Assembly: GCA_965204535.1 (NCBI GenBank)
Contig: OZ241996.1
Span: 1,088,001-1,152,000, forward strand
From: a bacterium
GTDB lineage: Bacteria; UBA8248
Length of the DNA stretch: 64,000 nt
Reading direction: 5' to 3'
Shown here: positions 53,437 through 63,060 of the stretch, piece after piece
Layout: the number at the start of each line of letters is the position of its first letter
How positions within the stretch are numbered: the stretch's first letter is position 1
Program-made: the position numbers and the translations under genes
Notes under the pieces: model-generated
What the model saw: only the letters and a program-made list of their open reading frames with translations
Told to the model about the DNA's origin: nothing
Databases searched by the model: none

Positions 53437-54465
53437 ATGCGAGCCGTGGTTCTGCATGAATGGGGAGGTCCCCTGACGCTCGAAACGGTGCCCGACCCGG
53501 CGCCGGGCCACGGGGAGGTCGTGCTGCGCGTGCACGCCTGTGCGCCGGATCAGTTCGACGTGACCATCCGCGCGGGCCGAATCGGCGGCAAGCTGCCCCT
53601 CATCATGGGGCACGAGATCGCGGGCGAGGTGGCCGCACTCGGGCCGGGCGTCGAGGGATGGGCCGAGGGCGATCGCGCGGTCGTCCACGCCTATCTCACC
53701 TGCGGGCGGTGCCGCTTTTGCCGGTTCGGCCGGGTGACGCTGTGCGAGAATTTCGGGGGCTACTTCGGCGTGCACCAGGACGGCGGCTACGCCGAATACG
53801 TGCGGGTCCCGGCGGGGAACCTGTGCGCCATTCCCGATGGCGTGGGCTACGCCGAGGCCACGACCATCGTGAGCCCGGTGGCGACCCCGCTCAAGGCGAT
53901 CAAGACGCGCGCGGGCGTGAGACCCGGGGACGACGTGCTCATCGTCGGCGCCTGCGGCGGGGTGGGTATTCACGCCGTGCAGATCGCAAAAGCCTTCGGC
54001 GCGCGCGTGATCGCGGTGGACGTCGACGACGCCAAGCTCGCCCGGGCGCGGGAACTGGGCGCGGACCACTCGGTGAACGGCCTGAAGGAGGACTTCGCCG
54101 AGGTCGTGAGTGAGGTCACCGGCGGGGAGGGAGCGGACGCCGTGCTGGAGTTCGTCGGCACGGAGCAGACGCTGCCAAAGAGCTTCGCTTCGCTCGCGCG
54201 GACGGGCGTGTTGGTCGTCGTGGGTTTTCAGCCGGGCGCGGTTTTCGCGAGCGACCCCACCCGCTTCGTGAACGATGAGATCACGGTAACGGGTTCTCGC
54301 TACGTGAATCACGCGGAGTTGGCCGAGGCCGCCGACTGGGTCGGGTCGGGCCGGGTGAAGCCTGTCGTATCGAAGACGTACCCCCTGGCCGAGGTGGAGC
54401 GAGCGCTGGCCGACCTCTCGGAAAACAAGGTGGTCGGCCGCGCGCCGGTTCTGATCGATTCGTGA
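53437..54465 (+). CDS. zinc-binding (MDR) alcohol dehydrogenase
   Basis: GHEIAGEV, CGRCRFC-x7-C, GACGGVG. Confidence 0.92.
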   Translation: MRAVVLHEWGGPLTLETVPDPAPGHGEVVLRVHACAPDQFDVTIRAGRIGGKLPLIMGHEIAGEVAALGPGVEGWAEGDRAVVHAYLTCGRCRFCRFGRVTLCENFGGYFGVHQDGGYAEYVRVPAGNLCAIPDGVGYAEATTIVSPVATPLKAIKTRAGVRPGDDVLIVGACGGVGIHAVQIAKAFGARVIAVDVDDAKLARARELGADHSVNGLKEDFAEVVSEVTGGEGADAVLEFVGTEQTLPKSFASLARTGVLVVVGFQPGAVFASDPTRFVNDEITVTGSRYVNHAELAEAADWVGSGRVKPVVSKTYPLAEVERALADLSENKVVGRAPVLIDS

Positions 54466-54534
54466 GGTCAAACGCGAGCGAGGAGGGGATGTTGAAAAAG
54501 CTCCTTCGCCCTGAGCAGTGGCCCCGTTCGCCTC

Positions 54535-54835
54535 ACCCTGAGTAGCGGCGAAGCCGCGTATCGAAGGGGCCTGTCCGAAACCCCCCATGCCTGTCCACAT
54601 TCGATTTTGACTGTCATTCCGGCGGTGGGATTCCGTCCGGCCGAAGGGGTGTAGGAGTCGCATACATGCGGCCCTGCTTTTTCGCCGTCAATACATGGGT
54701 CGCATGTATGTCGGACATATATGTCCCACATACACGGGATATTTCGGAATTCTCTGGATTCCGGCATTCGCCGGAATGACGGCGTTGGTTTTGCCAAGCC
54801 GTAGGGTGTAGGGGTCGTTCGCGAACGACCCCTAC
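54535..54835. repeat. nested REP cluster
   Basis: CCTGAGTAGCGGCGAAGCCGCGTATCGAAGGG; CGTC pair 54613-54781 enclosing GTAG REPIN 54651-54733; 28-bp palindrome 54808-54835. Confidence 0.85.
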
Positions 54836-54923
54836 GAAAGCAAGACCTAAAAAACGCCATCTACAGCCGGAATGATGGGCGAAAGGGCATTGCCAAGGGA
54901 TTGGTGCCGCTCCTTCACACTGA

Positions 54924-55766
54924 TTACCCGACCGCCGGCGTCCAGTCGTAGATCCGCTGCAGGGCGCCTCCCATGAGAGTGGCGCGCTCCTCATCGCTCA
55001 GTCGGTCCGTGAGGCGGAACGGCGCCACGGCCTGCTCGTAAGTCAGCAGGTTGACCGCGCGCGTCCAGTCGGTGCCCCACAGGCAGCGGTCGAAACCGAA
55101 TGCGTCGAAGACTGTGAATAGCGGGTCCCAGATGTCGTCGTAGGGGTAGGGCTCGTGAGACAGCGTGCAGGCGCCGGTGACCTTCACTGCGACGTTTTCG
55201 TGATCCGCAAGCGCGAGGAGCTTAGGCAAGTCGGCGAAGGGCGCAGGTGGCACCGGCGGATAGAAGGGCTGCTCCAGACCTAAGTGATCGACCACCAGCA
55301 TCGCGCTCGGGTGCTCGCGCGCATACCGCGCGAAATGCTCCAGCAAGCCCCAGCCCATGAGGTTGACCGGCATGGAGGCGCGGGCGGCGGCGGCGAGAAC
55401 GCTGTCGATTCCCGGATGCTCGGGGTCGAGGCCGGGGCCGGGGTTCAGCATGATCCGCACTCCCACCGTCCCCTCCAGCGCGGCCCACTCGGAGATCGTC
55501 TCCGCCACGGCGGGGTCGGTCGGGTCGACCGGCTTGATCAGGGCGAACCGGCCCGGATGTGCGGCATGGACTTCCAGCGCATAGGAGGCGTCGTAGCGGT
55601 AGAGCGCGAACGGCGAGATGAGCACGGCGGCGTCGACGCCGACCGCATCCATGGCCGCGGCCATGGCCTCACCGGTGACCTCGGGCGGTCCCGGCAGAGT
55701 ACCGGCCCACGGCCGCCCTGGATGATCTTTCTCATAGGCGTGGACCTGAGCGTCTATCGTCAGCAT
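54924..55766 (-). CDS. amidohydrolase_2 family protein (lactonase-like)
   Basis: IDAQVH, VDHLG, FGFDRCLWGTDW. Confidence 0.85.
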   Translation of the reverse strand: MLTIDAQVHAYEKDHPGRPWAGTLPGPPEVTGEAMAAAMDAVGVDAAVLISPFALYRYDASYALEVHAAHPGRFALIKPVDPTDPAVAETISEWAALEGTVGVRIMLNPGPGLDPEHPGIDSVLAAAARASMPVNLMGWGLLEHFARYAREHPSAMLVVDHLGLEQPFYPPVPPAPFADLPKLLALADHENVAVKVTGACTLSHEPYPYDDIWDPLFTVFDAFGFDRCLWGTDWTRAVNLLTYEQAVAPFRLTDRLSDEERATLMGGALQRIYDWTPAVG

Positions 55767-56032
55767 GGCTTACGTCTCCGGGTTGGCGGGCAAGGGCGCC
55801 ATGATTCCGTTGCGCTACGCTACCACATCGGCCATTTTCGCCGCTATGCCCTGTGAGCGCCTCACACCCCGCCGGGGCATCGCCTCTACCCCCCTGACAA
55901 GGGGGGACCCAGGGGGGTGCTTTTTCAGTCGAGAGGGGTGTCCTTTCTGCCCCCTAAAAAGGGGGCTTTTTCAACAATCCCGAGGAGCGAGTGTTTGCGC
56001 CTTTCCCGACCGAGGAGAGAGGAAATGTGCGC

Positions 56033-56275
56033 CTATCCCCCCACGATAGGCGGGAACACGCAAAGTTCCGACCCTGCGGGTATCACGACGGATTTCTTGG
56101 CGTGCCGCCCGTCGAGCAGGACGATATAGGCTTCTTCATAAGGTATCTCGAAGCGGTCGAGCACGTCGTATATGCTGGCGCCCTCGGGCAGCGTGATTTC
56201 GGCGGTGCCCTCCGCATCCTGTTCGGCTGGCATCTTCTCCGCGAAATCGGCGAACAGTTTGATACGGATCTTCAT
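56033..56275 (-). CDS. MoaD/ThiS-family ubiquitin-like sulfur carrier
   Basis: 80-aa beta-grasp pattern, KLFA at the N-terminus, C-terminal FPPIVGG. Confidence 0.88.
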   Translation of the reverse strand: MKIRIKLFADFAEKMPAEQDAEGTAEITLPEGASIYDVLDRFEIPYEEAYIVLLDGRHAKKSVVIPAGSELCVFPPIVGG

Positions 56276-56344
56276 AGACAGCCTCTCGATTCTTTCTTCC
56301 CGGGGCTGCACTGCGCCTCGCGCATCATCTGTGAATGTGGATCT

Positions 56345-57583
56345 TCAAGATCCGCTCCCCGTCAATTCCCTCGCGCGAGCGAAGGCCGCCTCGATCACCT
56401 GTTTGAGGGGAACCCCGCTCTCCTCCGCCAGGCGCCTGCAGTCCTCGTATTCGGGCGCGAGATTCGTGAGGGCGCCCTCGAAGGTTCCCTTCTTGACGCG
56501 CACCCGGCCCCAGGGGAGGTCAACCTCCATCCATTCGCGCTCGGCGACCGCGCGACCCGTCGTGCGGCGGCGAACGCCTAGGGTCGACGTTTCGCGGAAC
56601 AGGAAGCGGGTCAAGGCGTCTTGTTTCGCCAGGGAACTTAAAAGCGTGAGCAGTTGTCCGGGCCTTCCCTTCTTGCCCGTCACGGGTATGGAGAATGCAT
56701 CGAGCGCGCCCGCCTTAAGCGCCCCTTCGATGACGTGCGGGAACAGTTCGGGGCTCATGTCGTCGATGTTGGCTTCGAGCACGGCGATGGTGGCGGGCGG
56801 CCTGTCGCCTACGGCGCCCGCCTCGCTTTCTCCCAGAAAGGCGCGAACGACGTTGGGGGTGTTTGGCTGGTCCTTGTCCCCCGCACCGTAGCCCACCCGC
56901 GCTATCGTCATCTCGGGCATGGGGCCGAAAAATTCCGCGCTCTCGGTGAGCAGCAAGGCCCCCGTGGGGGTCAGGGTCTCGCCTTCGAGGTCGCTCTGCG
57001 CCACGGGCGCGCCTTCGAGCAGCTTGGCGGTCGCGGGTGCGGGAACCGGCATCCGTCCGTGCGCGCATTGGACGAACCCGCTCCCCACCGGCAGGGGAGA
57101 GGCCGCCACCCGCTCGACGCCCAGCATGTGGAGACCCAGAAAATAGCCCGTGACGTCGATGATGGAATCAATCGCGCCGACCTCATGGAAATGAACCGCG
57201 TCGACCTCGACTCCGTGAATGCCCGCCTCCACGACGCCCAGGCGGTAAAACGCCGAGATGGCGCGGTTTTTGGGAGCCTCTGGTATCGGCGCATTTTCGA
57301 GGATTTCCCGAATCTGGCTGTAGGAGCGGCCATGGTGATCCGCGCCGTGGGAGTCGTCTCCTTCATGGTGATGATGGTGTGCTTCATGGGTGATGTTTAC
57401 CCTGAATTTTTGGGATGTAACGCCTTGTTTCAAAACGCTATCAGTGGAAAGGAAATAGCCGCCGATTTCCAGCTTCGCGAGTTCCTCTTCCAGGGCCGCG
57501 AAGTCCAGCCCCAAGTCTATCAGGGCACCCACGAGCATATCCCCGGCGGCGCCCGCGAAGCAGTCGAAGTAGATCGTCTTCAT
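56345..57583 (-). CDS. larC: nickel-pincer cofactor Ni insertase
   Basis: YFDCFAGAAGDM, His-rich loop, HFHEVGAIDSI, PVPAPAT, ETSTLGVR, PEYEDC; ATG 57583 overlaps the larB stop; single uninterrupted frame. Confidence 0.95.
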   Translation of the reverse strand: MKTIYFDCFAGAAGDMLVGALIDLGLDFAALEEELAKLEIGGYFLSTDSVLKQGVTSQKFRVNITHEAHHHHHEGDDSHGADHHGRSYSQIREILENAPIPEAPKNRAISAFYRLGVVEAGIHGVEVDAVHFHEVGAIDSIIDVTGYFLGLHMLGVERVAASPLPVGSGFVQCAHGRMPVPAPATAKLLEGAPVAQSDLEGETLTPTGALLLTESAEFFGPMPEMTIARVGYGAGDKDQPNTPNVVRAFLGESEAGAVGDRPPATIAVLEANIDDMSPELFPHVIEGALKAGALDAFSIPVTGKKGRPGQLLTLLSSLAKQDALTRFLFRETSTLGVRRRTTGRAVAEREWMEVDLPWGRVRVKKGTFEGALTNLAPEYEDCRRLAEESGVPLKQVIEAAFARARELTGSGS

Positions 57584-58338
57584 GAGCCGGCCGTTTGTCT
57601 GTTGATGAGGTGCGCCTGACAGGCCGCGCCGAATCCGTTGTCGATGTTCACCACGCTCAAGCCCGAAGCGCATGAGTTCAGCATGGCGAACAGCGCCGTA
57701 AGCCCGCCCAGGTTCGCGCCGTAGCCCACCGAGGTGGGCACCGCGATGACCGGGCATGACACCAGCCCTGCGACCACAGACGGCAGGGCGCCCTCCATCC
57801 CCGCCACGGCGATGACGGTGTTCGCCTCGCGCAAGGTCTCGACTTCCGCCAGGAGGCGGTGCAGGCCCGCCACGCCCACGTCGTAGACGCGCGTCACCTC
57901 CGAGCCCAGCACCCGCGCGGTCACCGCCGCCTCCTCGGCGACGGGCATGTCGGAGGTGCCCGCACAAACGACCGCGATGGAACCGACAAGAGCGGGCGGA
58001 TTTTCGCAAGGGATTTCGACGATGCGTGCGGTTTCATGGTGATTCGCGCGTGGGGAGAGTTCGAGCAGGGCTTCGGCCTGCTCCGCGCCCGCATGCGTGA
58101 CCATGACGGTCTGATCCTTCGCCATCAGGCTCCTGGCGATTTCGACGACCTGTTCCCTGGTTTTGCCCGCGCCGAAGATGACTTCGGGAAAGCCGTTCCT
58201 CAAGGCGCGGTGATGATCCACCCGCGTGTGGCCCAAGTCCTCGAAAGGCAGGTCGCGAAGACGCGCGGCGGCCTCATCGGGCGCGAGGCGGCCTCCTTTC
58301 ACCTGCTCCAGCAGATCACGGATGAGTTCTGGGTTCAC
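57580..58338 (-). CDS. larB: nickel-pincer cofactor carboxylase/hydrolase
   Basis: GFPEVIFGAGK, AGTSD, DVGVAGLHRL, PTSVGYG, NIDNGFGAA. Confidence 0.95.
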   Translation of the reverse strand: MNPELIRDLLEQVKGGRLAPDEAAARLRDLPFEDLGHTRVDHHRALRNGFPEVIFGAGKTREQVVEIARSLMAKDQTVMVTHAGAEQAEALLELSPRANHHETARIVEIPCENPPALVGSIAVVCAGTSDMPVAEEAAVTARVLGSEVTRVYDVGVAGLHRLLAEVETLREANTVIAVAGMEGALPSVVAGLVSCPVIAVPTSVGYGANLGGLTALFAMLNSCASGLSVVNIDNGFGAACQAHLINRQTAGS

Positions 58339-59183
58339 GAGAGGATGAGCAGATCGGAGTCGCGCTCGGTTTTAAGCACTTCGTTCATGCTCCCCGAGCG
58401 GAATCCTTCGAGATCGATGGTCACGTAGATGAAGCCGGCCTCTTTCATCCGGGCGATCACTTGCTGTGCGATTTCATCGTCCACCAGCCGCGCGATGTCG
58501 GTATTCGGCACCTCGATTCTGGCGACGTCGCCGTGGTGGCGCACCCGCAACTGCCGGAAGCCCAGCTCCCGCAAGCCGCTTTCCGCCTTTTCGACCTGGG
58601 CGATCTTCTCGGGCGTGATGCGGTCGCCGTAAGGGAAGCGGCTCGAGAGGCACGCCTGCGCCGGCTTATCCCAGGTGGGGAGGCCGAAGGATTGGGAAAG
58701 GGTTCGGATGTCCTCTTTCGTCATCCCGACTTCCATGAGCGGACTTCGCACGCCCAGTTCCCGCGCCGCCTGCATGCCGGGGCGGTGATCGCCCACGTCG
58801 TCGGCGTTCGAGCCGTCGACGATCACGGCCATCTTCTCTTCGGCAGCCACGCGGCTCAAGACGGAATAGAGCTCGTTCTTGCAGAAATAACAGCGATTCG
58901 GCGGGTTGTTCCCGAATGATTCATCCGCTATCTCGTCGGTGTCGACGATGAGGTGGCGAATCCCGATTTGAGCTGCGAGTGCGCGCGATTCTTCGAGTTC
59001 GGATGCGGCCAGGGTGACGGAGCGGCCCGTGACGGCGAGCGTGCCTGAGCCCAGGACGTCATAAGCCGCTTTGGCCAGAAAGGTGCTGTCCACCCCCGCC
59101 GAGAACGCGACCAGAACACTTCCCATCTCTTCGAGGGTTCGTTCGAGTCTTTTGAGTTTCACGTCGGGCTTCGCATCGCTCAA
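58335..59183 (-). CDS. larE: ATP-dependent sulfur insertase
   Basis: PP-loop FSAGVDST, RCYFCK, ACLSSRFPYG, RVRHHG. Confidence 0.95.
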   Translation of the reverse strand: MSDAKPDVKLKRLERTLEEMGSVLVAFSAGVDSTFLAKAAYDVLGSGTLAVTGRSVTLAASELEESRALAAQIGIRHLIVDTDEIADESFGNNPPNRCYFCKNELYSVLSRVAAEEKMAVIVDGSNADDVGDHRPGMQAARELGVRSPLMEVGMTKEDIRTLSQSFGLPTWDKPAQACLSSRFPYGDRITPEKIAQVEKAESGLRELGFRQLRVRHHGDVARIEVPNTDIARLVDDEIAQQVIARMKEAGFIYVTIDLEGFRSGSMNEVLKTERDSDLLILS

Positions 59184-59418
59184 GATGAGTCTCCGTTCGA
59201 CGGCTTGTTCCGCATATTCTAGCCCGTCCCGCTCTCTGAGGGCAACGCATCGACATTCAGGGCGCTATGGCGTATGACGACCTCCGGTTACCGGGCGGGC
59301 GGATGCCGCGAGCGCCCCTGATCGCCGGGGTGTGGCCAAATCGCACTGAATAGTCTATATGTTCGCCGTTCGGGGAGTTCAGGACGAGGACGATAAAAAG
59401 AGGGGTGAGGTCTTGGAC

Positions 59419-60501
59419 GTGGAAGAGTTGTTGAGAAAGGGCGTCTCGTCGCTCAAGGCGTATGTGCCGGGGCGCTCCATCGAGGAGGTGGCCGCCGAGT
59501 ACGGGCTGAGCGAGGTCGTCAAGCTCGCCAGCAACGAGAATGCGCTCGGCCCCACGCCAAGCGCAGTGGATGCGATTCGCGGCGCGCTCGACGGCCTGCA
59601 CCGCTATCCCGACGGCGGGGCGAAGGCGCTGGCGGGGCACCTGGCGCAGAAACTGGGCGTCTCCCCGGCCTGCGTGTTCATGGGAAACGGGGGCGACGAC
59701 GTTCTCTCCGTATTGAGCAGGACGTTTCTGAACGAAGGCGACGAGGTGGTCATCCCCCAGCCCACCTTCAGCCCATATGCGCACGTGAGCCGGGTGATGG
59801 GCGCGCAGGTCATTTTCTCGCCCCTGCGCGACATGCGAATCGATTTGGACGACGTTCTCGCCAGGGTTTCAGGGCGCACGAAAATCATATTCCTCTGCTC
59901 ACCGAACAACCCCACGGGCGGGATTTTGACCGAAGGCGAGCTCGTCGCCTTTCTCGAAAAACTGCCCGAAGGCCTCTTGGTGCTCCTGGATGAGGCCTAT
60001 GGCGATTTCGCGGACGATCCTTCGTATCCCGACAGTGTCTCCATGATCGAGCGCTTCCCACTCGTCGTCCTGCGCTCGTTCTCGAAAATCTACGGTCTGG
60101 CGGGACTGCGTGTGGGATTCGCCGTGAGCCGGGAGGGTGTCGTCGAGTACATGAACCGCGTTCGCGAACCATTCAACGTGAATCAGCTCGCGCAGGCGGC
60201 GGCCCTGGCCGCGCTGGAAGACGACGGCTACAAGGAACGCGCCGTCACGCTGGTGCGCGAGGGCAAGGAGGCGCTCTATGTGGTGTTCGGCGAGATGGGG
60301 CTCGAATACGTCGAAAGCCAAGCCAATTTCATCTTCGTGCGCGTGGGCGAGGGCGACGCGGTGACCGGCGCTCTGATGCGCGAGGGCGTCATCGTTCGCC
60401 CCGGCAGCGCTTTCGGGCATCCCGAATGGATTCGCGTCTCCGTCGGACTCCCCGGGGAGAATGAGCGCTTTCTCTCGAAGCTCAAGGATTTTCTTGCCTG
60501 A
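59419..60501 (+). CDS. hisC: histidinol-phosphate aminotransferase
   Basis: KLASNENALG, PNNPTG, DEAY, RSFSKIYGLAGLRVG; GAGG RBS before GTG 59419. Confidence 0.93.
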   Translation: MEELLRKGVSSLKAYVPGRSIEEVAAEYGLSEVVKLASNENALGPTPSAVDAIRGALDGLHRYPDGGAKALAGHLAQKLGVSPACVFMGNGGDDVLSVLSRTFLNEGDEVVIPQPTFSPYAHVSRVMGAQVIFSPLRDMRIDLDDVLARVSGRTKIIFLCSPNNPTGGILTEGELVAFLEKLPEGLLVLLDEAYGDFADDPSYPDSVSMIERFPLVVLRSFSKIYGLAGLRVGFAVSREGVVEYMNRVREPFNVNQLAQAAALAALEDDGYKERAVTLVREGKEALYVVFGEMGLEYVESQANFIFVRVGEGDAVTGALMREGVIVRPGSAFGHPEWIRVSVGLPGENERFLSKLKDFLA

Positions 60502-60687
60502 AGCCGTTTCAAGCGGCGGAATCAGGAAAAGAGTATACGCACGTTCTCCGGGTCGGGGCTGATTGCAGGAGACGCATGTGGGGTTGTTGAAAAGCCACAT
60601 CGCAGGATAAATCGCGACAGAAGAAAAAGAAATCTTGCCGAGAACAGGTCGCGCTACTAGACCTTCCCGGAGCGTATCTGAAAATAG

Positions 60688-60733
60688 GAACCCCCCGACG
60701 CCGGAGATTTTCACCTCCGGCGTCGGGGGGTTC
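60688..60733. terminator. long stem-loop between convergent hisC and hup
   Basis: GAACCCCCCGACGCCGGAG-N8-CTCCGGCGTCGGGGGGTTC, 19-bp perfect stem. Confidence 0.7.
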
Positions 60734-60779
60734 GCTCTATCGGATGATTCTTGTCCGAAGCGTCCTCAAAAGTCGGCGT

Positions 60780-61055
60780 TTATTTGTTCACAGCGTCTTT
60801 GAGGCTCTTGCCTGCGGAGAACTTGGGCGCCTTGCTCGCCTTGATCGAGATTGTCTCGCCCGTTTGCGGGTTGCGTCCCGTGCGCGCAGACCGCCGGGAA
60901 ACGGAAAAAGTCCCGAATCCGACAAGGGAAACGCGATTCCCTTTTTTCAGGGCTTGCGTCACGGAATCAAGCAAGGATTTCAGCGCCCGGTCCGCCGCAG
61001 CTTTTGATATGCCGGCATCCCCGGCGATTTTTTCTACCAGATCGGATCTCTGCAT
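60780..61055 (-). CDS. hup: DNA-binding protein HU
   Basis: [32 protein letters not shown]. Confidence 0.96.
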   Translation of the reverse strand: MQRSDLVEKIAGDAGISKAAADRALKSLLDSVTQALKKGNRVSLVGFGTFSVSRRSARTGRNPQTGETISIKASKAPKFSAGKSLKDAVNK

Positions 61056-61130
61056 GGGGGTTCTCCCACTTTCAATGACGGGCCTTAACAAAAAATTGGT
61101 AGTCCAAAAGTTTTTCTAAAGAGACGTAGC

Positions 61131-61159
61131 AATCTATCGTAGCCGCGCAGAGAGGTCAA
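61131..61159 (-). promoter_or_regulatory. sigma70-like promoter of hup
   Basis: TTGACC-N17-TAGATT. Confidence 0.55.
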
Positions 61160-61330
61160 TAGAGAACATGGCGAAGAGCGGGATTTTTTATCAAGAGGCG
61201 AGAGTTTATGTGTATAAGTATTTTTATATCAATTGCTTAGAAAGTCAAAAAAACTTTGCCGAAACTTGAAAGCAGGGAGCGCTCGCGTTTTCGTTGTTTC
61301 GTGCAATTTTCGCTCGATGGATGCTTCGAA

Positions 61331-63052
61331 CTAGCGGAGCGACAGGCCGGTGCGGCGGGGCATTTTGCGAAGCCGTTCGTAGCGAGCAACGCGCGGCTGG
61401 TCGAGCAGGGGCTTGGGTTCGTTCTCGAGGTTTTGCTGGTGAACGTCGTCCGCGAAACCCTCGATGCCGACCCTGGGCAGCGCTTTTCCAATGAAGCGTT
61501 CGATGTTCTTGACGGGCGTGATTTCACCGGGCGACATGAGCGTCATGGCGTAGCCGATGCGGCCGGCGCGCGCCGTTCGTCCTGCGCGATGCACGTAGTC
61601 CTCGGGGTATTCGGGCACGTCGTAATTGATGACGTGGGAGATGCCCGTCACGTCGATGCCGCGCGAAACGATGTCCGTCGCCACAAGAATGCGGTGCTTG
61701 CCCTGGCGAAAGCCCGCCAGCGCGCGCTCCCGCTGGCGCTGGCTTCTGTCGGAGTGAATCTTGGCGACGGCAATTTTCTCGTTCTCCAGGAAATTGCACA
61801 GCACATCGGCCCCGGCCTTGGTTCTCGTGAAGATGAGAACGCTGGTGGGGTTGTACTTGTCGATGATGCCCAGTACGCCGCGGGGTTTGTTCGCCATGCT
61901 GATGGGGTAGACGCCGTGGTGGATGCCCTCCGCCGGCGTCGAGGGCGGCGAGATGTTGATTTGCACCGGGTCGCTCACCGCGCGATTCGCCAGATCCTGA
62001 ATTTTCTCGGGCATGGTGGCGGAGAAGAGCATGGTTTGCCGCTTTTTGGGGAGGCGCTTGAGGATTTCGGTGATCTCCTCGGCGAAGCCCATGTCCAGCA
62101 TGCGGTCGGCCTCGTCGATGATGAGTATCTCCAGTTTCCTGAAATGAACGGATTTGCGCTTCAGGTGATCGAGCAGTCTGCCGGGTGTGGCGACGACGAC
62201 GTCCACGTTCGCCTGAAAGGCCTGGAACTGCGGCTCGTAGTCCACCCCGCCGTAGATGACGGCGCACGAGGTTTCGAGGTGTTTTCCCAGCCGGTGGAAT
62301 TGCTCCGAAACCTGGATGGCCAACTCCCGCGTGGGCGTCAGGACGAGGCATCGGGTGCCCGAGCCGCCTTGGAGGCGTTCGAGCGTCGGCAGGGCGAACG
62401 AGGCCGTTTTCCCCGTACCCGTCTGGGCGCAGCCGATGATGTCGCGGCCCTCGCGCGCGATGGGAATCGCCTCCCGCTGGATGGGGGTGGGAGTGTCGAA
62501 CCTGAGGCCGTGAATCCCGCGGAGCAGTTCCGCCCCGAAGCCGAGCTCCCGGAAGCCTTCGGGCGCGTCGCCTGGGTCGAAATCGCCCACGCCGATGTCG
62601 GCGGGGTCTTTTTGGTAGGTGATGCCGTTATAAGAGGGATTCGCGGCTTTCTGGGATTTTTGCGGTGCGGTTTTCGCTCCGGCTGTTGCGGGTTTTTTCT
62701 TGCGGCGCCTTCTTGTCCTTTTGTTTTTGGATGTTTTGTCGTCGTTTTCCGGTTTTTTCGATTCTATGGTCGCTGCGTTTTGCTTATGCAAGTCATCTCC
62801 ATTATTTTGTTTTCTCCGGGGGCGTCGGCGACGACGGCGCTTGTTCCCGGGATTCGTCCTTTCCTGGTCGGTTTTTCCTTGAGGGGATTCACCGTTGAGG
62901 GGTGTCGAGGCGGAAAACGTGTCTCTCCGCCCGGCATTGTCTGCGGATGATATGGAAGCTGTTTCCTGAACCTCGGGACTTGACTGGCTATCAGGGGCTT
63001 CTGCTTTGCTTTTGGAGCGAATGATGCTCGCTAAACGTTTGATTATTCTCAC
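61331..63052 (-). CDS. DEAD-box RNA helicase (RhlE/RhlB-like) with a long basic N-terminal extension
   Basis: AQTGTGKT, PTRELA, DEAD, SAT, HRAGRTAR. Confidence 0.93.
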   Translation of the reverse strand: MRIIKRLASIIRSKSKAEAPDSQSSPEVQETASISSADNAGRRDTFSASTPLNGESPQGKTDQERTNPGNKRRRRRRPRRKQNNGDDLHKQNAATIESKKPENDDKTSKNKRTRRRRKKKPATAGAKTAPQKSQKAANPSYNGITYQKDPADIGVGDFDPGDAPEGFRELGFGAELLRGIHGLRFDTPTPIQREAIPIAREGRDIIGCAQTGTGKTASFALPTLERLQGGSGTRCLVLTPTRELAIQVSEQFHRLGKHLETSCAVIYGGVDYEPQFQAFQANVDVVVATPGRLLDHLKRKSVHFRKLEILIIDEADRMLDMGFAEEITEILKRLPKKRQTMLFSATMPEKIQDLANRAVSDPVQINISPPSTPAEGIHHGVYPISMANKPRGVLGIIDKYNPTSVLIFTRTKAGADVLCNFLENEKIAVAKIHSDRSQRQRERALAGFRQGKHRILVATDIVSRGIDVTGISHVINYDVPEYPEDYVHRAGRTARAGRIGYAMTLMSPGEITPVKNIERFIGKALPRVGIEGFADDVHQQNLENEPKPLLDQPRVARYERLRKMPRRTGLSLR

Positions 63053-63060
63053 GGTGAGCT

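Larger units (their letters stand above)
54485..55981. mobile_element. non-autonomous TIR-bounded element (1497 bp) with amidohydrolase cargo
   Basis: TIRs GGGGATGTTGAAAAAG and CTTTTTCAACAATCCC (14/16 match); direct repeat GAGGA at 54480-54484 and 55982-55986; no transposase. Confidence 0.7.

Noticed and set aside
56345-58009. 554-aa extended LarC or programmed frameshift
   Set aside because: The extension is an alternative frame over larB; LarC starts at ATG 57583 and is continuous.
61256-62950. long antisense ORFs (also 23651-25186, 53362-54663, 63086-63907)
   Set aside because: Shadows of high-GC genes with clear protein motifs on the opposite strand.
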